Of a DNA stretch of 64,000 nt, positions 10,339 to 22,130 are shown piece after piece. Each line of letters starts with the position of its first letter. The stretch's first letter is position 1. This DNA comes from Thermoanaerobaculia bacterium (GTDB lineage: Bacteria > Acidobacteriota > Thermoanaerobaculia > Gp7-AA8), in assembly GCA_035525285.1 (NCBI GenBank), contig DATLFB010000120.1, positions 53,149-117,148 on the forward strand, in the 5' to 3' direction. The notes under the pieces are model-generated. The model worked only from the letters and a program-made list of their open reading frames with translations, was not told the DNA's origin and searched no databases. The translations under genes were made by a program, and so were the position numbers.

Positions 10339-10806
10339 ATGTGCGGAAGAGTTCCCGCGAAACGGGTGTTGCCTCAGGTTGTGAAAACTGCTGCGTTTCT
10401 CCTGCTGGCCACCACCTGTGCGACGATGTCCGCCGGACCCGTGGACATCCGCACGATCACCACCGGCGCGTACGCGTTCGGCAAGCCCACCGCGACCGCG
10501 GCGCACGCCGCGCAGGACGACGTCACGTATCGCCGCCTCTGGACGAGTCTCGTCGGCGGCGGCAGCGAAGCGCCCGCGATCGATTTCGCGAGCGAGTCGG
10601 TCGTCTTCCTCATCGCCGGACAGAAAAATACCGGCGGCTGGTCCGTCGTGCCGCGCGGCGCGAAGGTCGAAGACGACACGCTCGTCATCGACGCCGAGAT
10701 CAAAGGCCCCGGCCCGGATGACATCGTGACGATGGCGTTCACCTCGCCATATGCCGTCATCGCGGTGAAAGCGAAGGGCTACAAGAACGTCCGCTGGGAT
10801 CGATGA
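10339..10806 (+). CDS. Small secreted protein with a PrcB_C-like domain (putative protease-associated or inhibitor-like)
   Basis: Hydrophobic N-terminus; GQKNTGGWSV...TSPYAVIAVKA resembles the PrcB C-terminal domain signature. Start is only 20 bp from the divergent giant protein. Confidence 0.4.
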   Translation: MCGRVPAKRVLPQVVKTAAFLLLATTCATMSAGPVDIRTITTGAYAFGKPTATAAHAAQDDVTYRRLWTSLVGGGSEAPAIDFASESVVFLIAGQKNTGGWSVVPRGAKVEDDTLVIDAEIKGPGPDDIVTMAFTSPYAVIAVKAKGYKNVRWDR

Positions 10807-11669
10807 GACGGCGCAAGCCGGTCTCGCCCGAGCTCCTGAAGGCACGCCTCGACACGCTCGTCACGACGTTCGACGTCTCGACGATCGAGCCCGACCCGCT
10901 GCAGCTCGTGCTGCGCTTCCGCGATCCGCTCGATCAGGAAGTGGCTGGACTGATCGCCGCCGCATTCGCGTACGGCCGCGCGGACATCATCGTCGCGAAC
11001 ATCGGCGCGGTGCTCGCGAAGATGACGCCGTCGCCGTATCGCTATCTCGCATCGTTCGATCGTCGCGAAGCGAGTCGCCGCTTCGCGAGCTTCGCGCATC
11101 GCTTCCACAAGACTCCCGAGCTCGTCGCGTTGTTCGCCGCGCTCGCGAACGCGATCCGCGAGCACGGCTCGCTCGGCGCGCTGTTCGAAACGTGCTACGA
11201 CGCGAGTGATGACGACATCGGACCTTCGCTCGCACGATTCGTCGAGTCAGTGGCGGGCGGACGTCCCGTCCGCCATCGTGGGGCGGACGGGACGTCCGCC
11301 CTCCTTACTTCCCCCAACGACGGCTCCGCCTGCAAGCGCATGAACCTCTTCCTCCGCTGGATGGTGCGCCGCACGCCGCCCGACGTCGGCCTCTGGACCT
11401 TCGTCGATCCTGCGAAGCTCGTGATGCCGCTCGACACGCACATCCACCGCATCGCGACCTTCCTCGGCCTCAACGACCGCGCGACCGCCGACTGGAAAGC
11501 CGCCCGCGCGATCACCGACCGGCTCGCCCGCTTCGACGCCGCCGATCCCGTTCGCTACGACTTCGCCCTCTGCCGCCTCGGCATCCTCGATCTCTGCAGC
11601 CGCAAGCGGCGCAGGGAGAACTGCGACGTGTGTTTGTTGCGCGATGCGTGCAGGTTTCCGATGACCTGA
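10803..11669 (+). CDS. TIGR02757/DUF2400 family protein
   Basis: ORF-length conserved hypothetical; the TIGR02757/DUF2400 assignment rests on overall resemblance only. It carries an in-frame family A repeat at 11252-11304 (…AGGRPVRHRGADGTSALL…). Confidence 0.55.
   Translation: MRRRKPVSPELLKARLDTLVTTFDVSTIEPDPLQLVLRFRDPLDQEVAGLIAAAFAYGRADIIVANIGAVLAKMTPSPYRYLASFDRREASRRFASFAHRFHKTPELVALFAALANAIREHGSLGALFETCYDASDDDIGPSLARFVESVAGGRPVRHRGADGTSALLTSPNDGSACKRMNLFLRWMVRRTPPDVGLWTFVDPAKLVMPLDTHIHRIATFLGLNDRATADWKAARAITDRLARFDAADPVRYDFALCRLGILDLCSRKRRRENCDVCLLRDACRFPMT
11252..11304. repeat. Family A repeat in-frame inside the DUF2400 CDS
   Basis: GGCGGGCGGACGTCCCGTCCGCC-atcgtgg-GGCGGACGGGACGTCCGCCCTCC. 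Confidence 0.8.
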
Positions 11670-11726
11670 GGAGGGCGGACGTCCTCGTCCGCCCCGCACG
11701 AGAGGCGGACGAGACGTCCGCCCTCC
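11669..11726. repeat. Family A repeat immediately after the DUF2400 stop (terminator-like position)
   Basis: GGAGGGCGGACGTCCTCGTCCGCC…GGCGGACGAGACGTCCGCCCTCC. Confidence 0.8.
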
Positions 11727-11869
11727 AATTTTCTGACTGACAAATCCAAGGCACCGTAGCCAAGGCGAATCCCTTCGGAAATCCGTTGCCCGGTTCAACG
11801 TTATGGATCAACGGGTTAGCAGCCCGATACCCGCGGCACCCGCATTGAAAGCGGTCCTTCCCTCACGCC

Positions 11870-14686
11870 ATGCGCAGATCGGTCATTACGAACGCGTTGA
11901 TTGCCGCCCTCACCGTCGGGGTGGTCCTCGGTGCGTTCGTTTCCTTCCAGCGCAAGCGTTCCTCCTTCGAGCGCATCGACTTCTCCTTCATCCGCCAGAA
12001 CGGGATGATCATCGTCAAGAGCGTCGATCCCGGCAGCGGCGCGGAAGCGTCGGGACTGCGCGCGGGTGACGCGATCTGGCTCATCGCCGGAACGCCGACC
12101 ACGGAAGTCGAAGGCGTGCAGAAAACGCTGCGGCGCATCGGCGAAGAAGTGCCGATGCTCATCGCGCGCAACGGACAGACGCTCACCATCAACTATCGAG
12201 CGCCCGAGCTGAAGATCGATCAGGCGTATCTGATTCTGAGCTTCATCGGATTCCTCTACCTCGCGATCGGACTCTTTACGCTTTTCCGAGGAGAGACGAA
12301 CGAGAGCAAGCTGTTCTATTTCGTCACGCTGCTCTCGTTCATCGTCTACGTCTACACGCCCGCCGGCGACATCGACTGGAGCTACAAAGTCCTGCAGATG
12401 ACGGAGGAGCTGGCGTACATCTTCCTCCCGCCGCTCGCGCTCAACTTCTTCCTCCTGTTCCCGCGCCCGCTGATTCGCGAGAAGCGCTGGATCGCGTGGA
12501 TGTACGTGCCGCCGGTCCTGCTCGCGCTCTGGAGTGTCGACCTCCTCGTCTTCAACAACGCGGTCAACGTCGCCGCGCCGCGCCGCGCGCTGGAGCTGAT
12601 TCAGAAGTGGGAGCTCGTCGACTTCGGCCTCTACTTCACGCTGGCCGTGATCGCGCTCGCGTTCACCTATCAGCGGGCGGCCGCCGTCGGGAAGAAGCAG
12701 ATCAAGTGGATCTACCTCGGCCTGGCCCTCGGCTTCCTGCCGTTCCTTCTGATCTACATCATCCCGTGGCTCGTGTCGGGATCGGTCAAGCCGATCTACA
12801 CCACGCTCTCGATTCTCCCGCTCGCGCTGATTCCGCTCGCCTTCGCCGTCTCGATCCTCAAGTACAAGCTGTGGGACGTCGAGGTGGTGATCAAGGAGGT
12901 CCTCGCCTACTCGGTCACCTTCGTGTTCGGCATGATCGCCTTCTCGACGGTGAACCTGATCCTCTCGCGCGTGATCGAGGAGCGCTCGGCCATGGAGCGC
13001 AACTTCCTCGCCTTCACCTCGGGGCTGCTGATCGCGGGCGTGCTGATTCCCGTCAAAGGCAAGATCGAGTCGGTGATCGAGATGATCCTCTACCGCGAGA
13101 GCTACCGGCATCGCCGCACGATGTCGGACTTCGCGCAGGAGCTGGCGACCTTCAACGACGTGCACGAGCTGATCGCGATGATGCGCGAGCGCCTGCGCGC
13201 CACGCTGCACATCGACCGGATGAACCTCTTCACGCGTGAAGGCTCGCTGCTGCTGATCTACGAGCCGGAATCGGGCGTACCGCGCCGCGCGGCCGAGGAA
13301 GACTTCGGACCGATTCCGAAGGAAGGGCCGGTGATTCTCACCGCGCCGCGGCTGCCGGACCGCACGGAAGTGCCGTGGCAACTCCTCTCGGCGGGCTATC
13401 GTTATCTCTTCCCGCTGCGCAATCGCGGCGAGCTGCAGGGACTCCTCCTCGTCGGCACGCGCCGCGGCGACGAGCCGCTCTCGCGCGACGACCTTCATCT
13501 CATCGGCTCGCTCACCGCGCCGGTCGCGCTGGCCATCGAGAACTCGCGCCTCTACGGAAAACTGCGCCGCCAGCTCGAAGAGATCCGCGCGCTGAAGGAG
13601 TACAACGAGAACATCATCGAGTCGTCGCTCTCCGCGATCGCGGTCGTCGCCAGCGACGGCACCGTGCTCACGGCGAATCACGCGTTCTGGGACCTCGTCG
13701 GCACCGATCACTCCAACGACTCGATCCACGACCTCTTCCCGCCATACGACGAGCTGCGCCAGACGCGCGCGCACACGCTCTCGACGCACTTCATCAACAA
13801 GCACGGCGTGGAGAAGGAAGTGACGGTGACTTCGAGCCCGCTCGACGCGTCGCCGGTCGGCGTCGACGTCGCGGACGGCGCGCGCGTGCTCGTCATCGGC
13901 GACGTCACCGATCGCGTGCGCCTCGAGCGCGAGCTGCAGGACAAGGAGCGTCTCGCGTCGCTGGGCCTCCTCGCCGCGGGAGTCGCGCACGAAGTCAACA
14001 CCCCGCTGACCGGCATCTCGTCGTACGCGCAGCTGCTGTTGTCGGACACGTCGCAGGACGATCCGAAATATCGCGTCCTCAAGAAAATGGAACAGCAGAC
14101 GTTCCGCGCGTCGCACCTCGTCAACAACCTGCTCGACCTCATCGCGAACCGTCCGCGCTCGCGCGAGCTGGTGAGCGTTTCCGACCTCGTCACGTCCACG
14201 GTCGCGCTCCACGAAGATCTGCTGAAAGCGAAACACATCCACGTGCACGTGTGTGGAGGACAGGCGATCCCGCCTGTCCGGACAGGCACGATTGCCTGTC
14301 CTCCACTCGAAGTGCGCGGGAACGTTCACGATCTCCAGCAGGTTCTGACCAACGTGCTCATCAACGCGCGCGATGCGGTCGCCGAGGGCGGCAACATCTG
14401 GATCACCGTCGCCGACGAAGGGCCGCGCATCGCGATCCGCGTTCGCGACGACGGAAAAGGCATCGCGCCCGACATGATCGGCCGCATCTTCGATCCGCTC
14501 GTGACCACGAAGCGCGGCCAGGGCGGCACCGGCCTCGGACTCGCGATCAGCCGCCGAATCATCCACGCCAGCGACGGCGACATCAGCGTCGAGAGCACCC
14601 CCGGCGAAGGAGCCGAGTTTTCGATTACGTTGCCGAAGGCAACGTTCACCGCGAAAGAGAATGGTCCCGCGGTTCAGCTTCAATGA
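11870..14686 (+). CDS. Sensor histidine kinase with periplasmic PDZ domain, polytopic membrane region, GAF/PAS, HisKA and HATPase_c
   Basis: PDZ-like IVKSVDPGSGAEASGLRAGDAIWLIAG; at least 8 TM helices; H-box AHEVNTPLTGI; N/G boxes NVLINARDA, GGTGLGLAIS. Family B repeat lies in-frame at 14253-14306. Confidence 0.8.
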   Translation: MRRSVITNALIAALTVGVVLGAFVSFQRKRSSFERIDFSFIRQNGMIIVKSVDPGSGAEASGLRAGDAIWLIAGTPTTEVEGVQKTLRRIGEEVPMLIARNGQTLTINYRAPELKIDQAYLILSFIGFLYLAIGLFTLFRGETNESKLFYFVTLLSFIVYVYTPAGDIDWSYKVLQMTEELAYIFLPPLALNFFLLFPRPLIREKRWIAWMYVPPVLLALWSVDLLVFNNAVNVAAPRRALELIQKWELVDFGLYFTLAVIALAFTYQRAAAVGKKQIKWIYLGLALGFLPFLLIYIIPWLVSGSVKPIYTTLSILPLALIPLAFAVSILKYKLWDVEVVIKEVLAYSVTFVFGMIAFSTVNLILSRVIEERSAMERNFLAFTSGLLIAGVLIPVKGKIESVIEMILYRESYRHRRTMSDFAQELATFNDVHELIAMMRERLRATLHIDRMNLFTREGSLLLIYEPESGVPRRAAEEDFGPIPKEGPVILTAPRLPDRTEVPWQLLSAGYRYLFPLRNRGELQGLLLVGTRRGDEPLSRDDLHLIGSLTAPVALAIENSRLYGKLRRQLEEIRALKEYNENIIESSLSAIAVVASDGTVLTANHAFWDLVGTDHSNDSIHDLFPPYDELRQTRAHTLSTHFINKHGVEKEVTVTSSPLDASPVGVDVADGARVLVIGDVTDRVRLERELQDKERLASLGLLAAGVAHEVNTPLTGISSYAQLLLSDTSQDDPKYRVLKKMEQQTFRASHLVNNLLDLIANRPRSRELVSVSDLVTSTVALHEDLLKAKHIHVHVCGGQAIPPVRTGTIACPPLEVRGNVHDLQQVLTNVLINARDAVAEGGNIWITVADEGPRIAIRVRDDGKGIAPDMIGRIFDPLVTTKRGQGGTGLGLAISRRIIHASDGDISVESTPGEGAEFSITLPKATFTAKENGPAVQLQ
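14253..14306. repeat. Family B repeat in-frame in the sensor kinase (between the H-box region and N-box)
   Basis: Translated in the GGQAIPPVRTGTIACPP frame. Confidence 0.85.
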
Positions 14687-16092
14687 AAATCCTGATCGTC
14701 GACGATGAAGAAGTCCTTCGGGACGTCCTCGACGCCGTCTTACGGCGCGAGGGATTCGACGTCGTCACGGCGGCGAGCGGCGAAGAAGCGCTGAGCGTGC
14801 TCGACGGCGACGGGGAAGTCGACCTGGTCGTGCTCGACGTCATGCTGCCCGGCATCAGCGGCATCGACACCCTGCGCGCCATCCGCATCGCGAACCCCAC
14901 GCTCCCGGTCATCGTCATCACCGCCTTCTCGTCGATCGACGGCGCGATCGAGGCGATGAAGCAGGGCGCCTTCCACTACATCCCCAAGCCGTTCAAGAAC
15001 GAGGAAGTCGTTCTCACGGTGAACAAGGCGCTCGAGCAGCGCCGCCTCTCGTATGAGAACGAACGCCTCAAGGCCGAGCTTTCGGAGAAGTACGCGTACT
15101 CGAACATCATCGGCAAGAGCGAGCCGATGCGAAAAGTGTTCGATCTCATCCGCCTCGCCGCTCCGTCGCGCTCGAACATCCTCATCTTCGGCGAATCGGG
15201 CACCGGCAAGGAGCTCGTCGCGAAGGCCATCCATCACGCGAGCCCGCGCGCGCGCAATGCGTTCGTGACCGTGAACTCCGGATCGCTGCCGCCGGAGCTT
15301 CTCGAGTCGTCGCTCTTCGGACACATGAAGGGCGCGTTCACCGGCGCGATCGCGACCAAGCGCGGGCTCTTCGAAGTCGCCGACGGCGGATCGATCTTCC
15401 TCGACGAGATCGGCAACATCAATCTCGAGACCCAGGCCAAGCTCCTCCGCGTGATCCAGGAAAAAGAGTTCATGCGCCTCGGCTCGGTCGAGACGCTGAA
15501 GGTCGACGTCCGGATCATCGCCGCGACGAACGCCGACCTGCACAAGCTGATGGCGGAGAACCGCTTCCGCGAGGATCTCTACTATCGCCTGAACGTCATC
15601 ACCATCCAGCTCCCGCCCCTGCGCCGCAAGCGCGAAGACATCCCGCTGCTCATCCACCACTTCCTGCAGAAATACTCGGAGGAGAACAAGCGCAAAGTGC
15701 GCGAGGTGACGCCGGACGCGATGCGCATCCTCCTGGACTCCCCGTGGCCCGGCAACGTGCGCGAGCTGGAGAACACCATCGAGCGCGCCGTCGTCCTCTG
15801 CACCGGCGACCGCATCACCCCCGAGCTCCTCCCCGACTACCTCCGCTACCCGATGCGCAGCGACCAGCCCGCGATGGTCGTCCCCGCCGAAGGCCTCTCC
15901 CTCAAGGACGCCGTCTCCGCCTACGAGCGAACGATGATCCTGCAGTCCCTCGAGATCGCAAACGGAGTCCAGAAACGCGCCGCCGAGCTCCTGCAGGTGA
16001 AGCCGTCCACGCTGAACGAGATGATGAAACGCCTCGGCATCCACGCGAAGTCGAACGCGATCGTCGAAGACGAAGTGGCGGTCAACGAGTAG
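14683..16092 (+). CDS. Sigma-54-dependent response regulator (NtrC family: REC, AAA+ and Fis-HTH domains)
   Basis: MKILIVDDE; GESGTGKE Walker A; GAFTGA motif; C-terminal HTH. ATGA start/stop overlap with the upstream kinase. Confidence 0.9.
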   Translation: MKILIVDDEEVLRDVLDAVLRREGFDVVTAASGEEALSVLDGDGEVDLVVLDVMLPGISGIDTLRAIRIANPTLPVIVITAFSSIDGAIEAMKQGAFHYIPKPFKNEEVVLTVNKALEQRRLSYENERLKAELSEKYAYSNIIGKSEPMRKVFDLIRLAAPSRSNILIFGESGTGKELVAKAIHHASPRARNAFVTVNSGSLPPELLESSLFGHMKGAFTGAIATKRGLFEVADGGSIFLDEIGNINLETQAKLLRVIQEKEFMRLGSVETLKVDVRIIAATNADLHKLMAENRFREDLYYRLNVITIQLPPLRRKREDIPLLIHHFLQKYSEENKRKVREVTPDAMRILLDSPWPGNVRELENTIERAVVLCTGDRITPELLPDYLRYPMRSDQPAMVVPAEGLSLKDAVSAYERTMILQSLEIANGVQKRAAELLQVKPSTLNEMMKRLGIHAKSNAIVEDEVAVNE

Positions 16093-16099
16093 GGGACCG

Positions 16100-16262
16100 T
16101 CAACCTTGAAAGCATGCGTGGCCAGCCTTGTCATCCCGAGCGTGAGCGAGGGACCCGGGTGGGCGGCGGCGCGACCCGCGGGCTTGTGCCACCCTACCCC
16201 CGGGTCCCTCGCTCACGCTCGGGATGACAAGCCTTGGTACCTACGCTTTCAATGTTGAATGT
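16100..16262. repeat. Family D MITE-like palindromic element (long form, about 160 bp): …TGTCATCCCGAGCGTGAGCGAGGGACC…GGTCCCTCGCTCACGCTCGGGATGACA…
   Basis: Nested inverted repeats with outer arms ACCTTGAAAGCATGCGTGGCCAGCCTTG / CAAGCCTTGGTACCTACGCTTTCAATGTTGAATG; located after the NtrC gene. Confidence 0.85.
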
Positions 16263-16295
16263 CCAGTCGGGCGAACCTCAGGAGTTCGCGCCACC

Positions 16296-16520
16296 TCAGC
16301 CTCGCATCAGCGCTATGATCTCGTCGGTGGTCATCTTCGTCTTCGCGCTGCCGCGCAGTTTGTCCACCACCTGCTGTCCGCGCGACTTGCTTCCCTTCAC
16401 CTTCACAATCTGCACGGCGTTCCCCTTCAACACAAATTCGACTTCCGTTTCGGGAAAAAGACCGAGCCGCTCGCGGAGTTCTCGCGGGATCGTCACCTGG
16501 CCCTTCGCTGTGATTTTCAT
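16296..16520 (-). CDS. AbrB/MazE/SpoVT-family DNA-binding protein (antitoxin-like)
   Basis: MKITAKGQVTIPRELRERLGL swapped-hairpin motif. The ORF could extend to 16580. Confidence 0.55.
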   Translation of the reverse strand: MKITAKGQVTIPRELRERLGLFPETEVEFVLKGNAVQIVKVKGSKSRGQQVVDKLRGSAKTKMTTDEIIALMRG

Positions 16521-16759
16521 CGCGTCGATCTTACGCTCCGCCCCACCCGCCACAACCCCCACGCGCTGATCACCGTCCACGCGCCCTCCATGATGATCAG
16601 TCCCGTCTGGCGCACGCTCAGAGCGGCCAGCAGCAGGAGGAAGCCGCCCGCCAGATTGAGTGACTGATAGGCGTACGTCTCGTGGCCGAGGCGTTTGAGC
16701 TGGTGCGCGGCGAAGGCGCTGAGGACCATCAGCGCGCCGGCGATCGAAACCACTTGCAT
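16517..16759 (-). CDS. Small two-TM membrane protein (hypothetical)
   Basis: MQVVSIAGALMVLSAFAAHQL...GGFLLLLAALSV...; ends overlapping the AbrB-like gene start. Confidence 0.35.
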   Translation of the reverse strand: MQVVSIAGALMVLSAFAAHQLKRLGHETYAYQSLNLAGGFLLLLAALSVRQTGLIIMEGAWTVISAWGLWRVGRSVRSTR

Positions 16760-16780
16760 TAACATCGATAGAATCCCCGC

Positions 16781-19309
<2,529 letters not shown>

Positions 19310-19310
19310 T

Positions 19311-19367
19311 GAAGGGCGGACGTCCCGTCCGCCAAACGGGGGGGGCGGACGAGACGTCCGCCCTCCT
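19311..19367. repeat. Family A repeat after the M14 carboxypeptidase stop
   Basis: Half-sites around a G-run spacer. Confidence 0.8.
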
Positions 19368-19388
19368 CATCGTAACTGCGAAAACCGT

Positions 19389-20207
19389 ATGACCATCCGC
19401 CCGCCCGCCGTCGCCGGCACGTTCTACGAAGGCACGCCCGAGCGATTGCGCGCGCAGGTCGATCAGTGCTTCGCCGCGAATCCGCCGGCGCCGCCGTCGA
19501 AGGAGCGCTTCATCGGCGCGGTCGTGCCGCATGCGGGACTGATGTACAGCGGCCACGTCGCCGCGGCGTTCTACGCGCTCGCCGACCTGCCGAAGCGCTT
19601 CATCATCCTCTGTCCGAATCACACCGGCGCGGGACATTTCGCCGCGATCAATCGCGAAGGGGCGTGGCTCACGCCGCTCGGTGAAGTCGCCATCGAGACG
19701 CGGCTCGCGGACGCGCTCATGGCGAAGACGCGCCTCCTCTCCGAAGACGCCCGTGCGCACGCGCGTGAGCATTCGCTGGAAGTGCAGCTCCCGTTTCTCC
19801 AGCGCCTCCTCGGCGACTTCACCTTCGTCCCCATCTGCCTCGGCGCGCACAAGTACGACTACGCGGACGAGATCGGCCGCGCCATCGCGGACGTGATGAA
19901 GGATGAGCGCGAGCCGCTGGCGATCCTCGCGAGCTCGGACCTCAATCACTACGAGGACCAGACGTCGACGCTGCGAAAGGACCAGCTGGCGATCGATCAG
20001 GTGCTCGCTCGAAATCCGCGGGAGCTCTGGCGCGTGGTCGACGAATACGACATTTCCATGTGCGGCTTCATCCCCACCACGACGATGCTCATCGCCGCGA
20101 ACGCGCTCGGCGCGACGAACGCGCGGCTGATCAAGCACGCCACGAGCGGCGACATCAACGGCGACTACGGGCACGTAGTGGGATACGCTTCGATCGTCGT
20201 TTCGTAG
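19389..20207 (+). CDS. Memo-like protein (AmmeMemoRadiSam system protein B family)
   Basis: MTIRPPAVAGTFYEG...VPHAGLMYSG...SDLNHY motifs typical of the MEMO1 family. Confidence 0.8.
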   Translation: MTIRPPAVAGTFYEGTPERLRAQVDQCFAANPPAPPSKERFIGAVVPHAGLMYSGHVAAAFYALADLPKRFIILCPNHTGAGHFAAINREGAWLTPLGEVAIETRLADALMAKTRLLSEDARAHAREHSLEVQLPFLQRLLGDFTFVPICLGAHKYDYADEIGRAIADVMKDEREPLAILASSDLNHYEDQTSTLRKDQLAIDQVLARNPRELWRVVDEYDISMCGFIPTTTMLIAANALGATNARLIKHATSGDINGDYGHVVGYASIVVS

Positions 20208-20214
20208 AGCTGCC

Positions 20215-21684
20215 ATGCGCGTCGTCTTCGCCACTGCCGAGGTGTCCCCGATCGCCAAAACGGGCGGGCTCGGCGACGTGTGCGGCTCGCTGCCGAAAGC
20301 GCTTCAGGCACTCGGACATGACGTCGTGGTCTTCATGCCCTTCTATCGCCAGGCGCGGCAATGGTTCGAGAAGAGCGGCGCGGACGTGCATCAGCTGATG
20401 CCGACGATCGTGATCCCGTGGGCGAACTGGGTGGCCGAGGCGACGTTTCTGCGGGTGAACCTGCCGGGAACGGACATCCCCCTGGTCATGGTCGCGAACG
20501 ATTACTTCTTCGAGCGCGATCACATTTACTCCGATGCGCCGGACGGCTGGCACGACTACCTGCTGCGCTACACCTTCTTTCAGCGCGCGATCGTTCGCGC
20601 CTGCGAGCTGCTCGACCTCCGTGTCGACCTGCTGCACTGCCACGACTGGCACACCGCGCTGCTGCCGCTCTATCTCGACTCCGGATTACGCGTTAGTCCG
20701 CAGTTCGCGAACACGCGCTCGGTGTACACGATCCACAACCTCAACTACCAGGGCGTCGCCGGATGGGACGCGCTCAGGCTCACGGGACTGCATCACCGCT
20801 ACTGGGCGCCCGATGCGCTCGAGCATTTCGGCACTCTGAATCCGATGAAGGGCGCGATTCTCTTCGCCGATCAGGTCACGACCGTTTCGCCGAACTACGC
20901 GAACGAGATCCGCGGCCCGCAGCTCGGCGCGGGACTCGACGGCGTGCTGCGCGCGATGTCGTACAAGCTCACCGGAATCCTGAACGGCATCGACGCCGAC
21001 GAGTGGGATCCCGCGACGGACACGCACCTCCGCGCGAACTACGACGCGCTCACGCTGCGCGAGAAAACGCGCAACAAACGCGCGCTCGCGAAAGAGGCAG
21101 GGCTGCCGTTCTCCGCGAAGAAGCCGATCATCGGCGCCGTCTCGCGCCTCGTCGAGCAGAAGGGCTTTCAGCTTCTCACGCCCGTGCTCAGGCAGATGCT
21201 CGACGCCGGCGCGCAAGTGGTCCTCCTCGGCAGCGGCGAGTCGCGCATCGAGAACGCGCTGCTGACGCTCGCGGAGCAGAATCCCGACCGCTGCAAAGTC
21301 TGGATCGGTTTCGACACCGCGCTCGCACACCGCATCTACGCCGGCGCGGACATGCTCCTCGTGCCGTCGATCTACGAGCCGGGCGGACTCAATCAGATGT
21401 ACGCGCTGCGCTACGGCACGATCCCGATCGTGCGCCTCACCGGCGGCCTCGCCGACACGGTGATTCCGTTCGACGGCACGAACCTCGAGCGCGCGAACGG
21501 CTTCGGCTTCATCGCCGCGCATCCGCTCGAGCTCTATCTCTCGACCTGGCTGGCGATGCTGAACTTCAAGGACGCGGGCACGTGGAAGACGCTGCAGACG
21601 AACGGCATGGATGAGGACTTTTCATGGGAGCGCTCGGCGAGGCAATACGATGACATCTACCGAAAAGCGCGCGGCGTACGCTAA
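20215..21684 (+). CDS. glgA: Glycogen synthase (ADP-glucose type, GT5)
   Basis: N-terminal AEVSPIAKTGGLGDV motif; 489 aa. Confidence 0.9.
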   Translation: MRVVFATAEVSPIAKTGGLGDVCGSLPKALQALGHDVVVFMPFYRQARQWFEKSGADVHQLMPTIVIPWANWVAEATFLRVNLPGTDIPLVMVANDYFFERDHIYSDAPDGWHDYLLRYTFFQRAIVRACELLDLRVDLLHCHDWHTALLPLYLDSGLRVSPQFANTRSVYTIHNLNYQGVAGWDALRLTGLHHRYWAPDALEHFGTLNPMKGAILFADQVTTVSPNYANEIRGPQLGAGLDGVLRAMSYKLTGILNGIDADEWDPATDTHLRANYDALTLREKTRNKRALAKEAGLPFSAKKPIIGAVSRLVEQKGFQLLTPVLRQMLDAGAQVVLLGSGESRIENALLTLAEQNPDRCKVWIGFDTALAHRIYAGADMLLVPSIYEPGGLNQMYALRYGTIPIVRLTGGLADTVIPFDGTNLERANGFGFIAAHPLELYLSTWLAMLNFKDAGTWKTLQTNGMDEDFSWERSARQYDDIYRKARGVR

Positions 21685-22123
21685 GACGTACGATGCGATC
21701 GTCTCGATCTGGAGCGAAGAAGGCGGCGCGACGCTCGATGACATCGCTTTGATGGCGACCATCAACTCGCTCCTCGTGCATCGTTTCAACTACTTCTTCT
21801 GGACCGGCTTCTACCGCGTCTGCCGCGAAAGGCTCGTCATCGGGCCGTACATCGGCACGGTCGGCTGTCTGCAGATCGAGTTCGGCCGCGGCGTCTGCGG
21901 CATGGCGGCGGAGAAACGCGAGACGATCATCGTGCCGGACGTGAATCAGTTCCCCGGACACATCGCCTGCGATCCGAATTCGAAATCCGAGATCGTGGTG
22001 CCCGTGTTCGATCGCGACCAGCAGCTCATCGGCGTGCTCGACGTCGACTCGGTTCTGCCCAATGCGTTCGACGACGAGGATCGCACGGGGCTGGAGAGGA
22101 TCGTCACGCTCTTCATGAAGTGA
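21650..22123 (+). CDS. GAF-domain protein (free methionine-R-sulfoxide reductase-like)
   Basis: FFWTGFYRV...PYIGTVGCLQIEFGRGVCG...SEIVVPVF, an fRMsr-type GAF. Confidence 0.65.
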   Translation: MTSTEKRAAYAKTYDAIVSIWSEEGGATLDDIALMATINSLLVHRFNYFFWTGFYRVCRERLVIGPYIGTVGCLQIEFGRGVCGMAAEKRETIIVPDVNQFPGHIACDPNSKSEIVVPVFDRDQQLIGVLDVDSVLPNAFDDEDRTGLERIVTLFMK

Positions 22124-22130
22124 CGTAGCG

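Noticed and set aside
725-16134. Long antisense or alternative-frame ORFs, e.g. 725-1963(-), 2120-4918(-), 7878-10721(+), 11816-14683(-), 14740-16134(-), 37816-40968(+), 38213-40411(-)
   Set aside because: These are typical high-GC shadow ORFs overlapping strongly supported genes. Their translations are Arg/Ala/Gly-rich low-complexity with no domain signatures.
14740-16134. ORFs beginning MTRLATHAFKV… (also 56431-56997) that look like a conserved protein family
   Set aside because: The conserved N-terminus is just the translation of the family D MITE arm (…CATTCAACATTGAAAGCGTAGGTACCAAGC…); this is a repeat artefact, not a gene.
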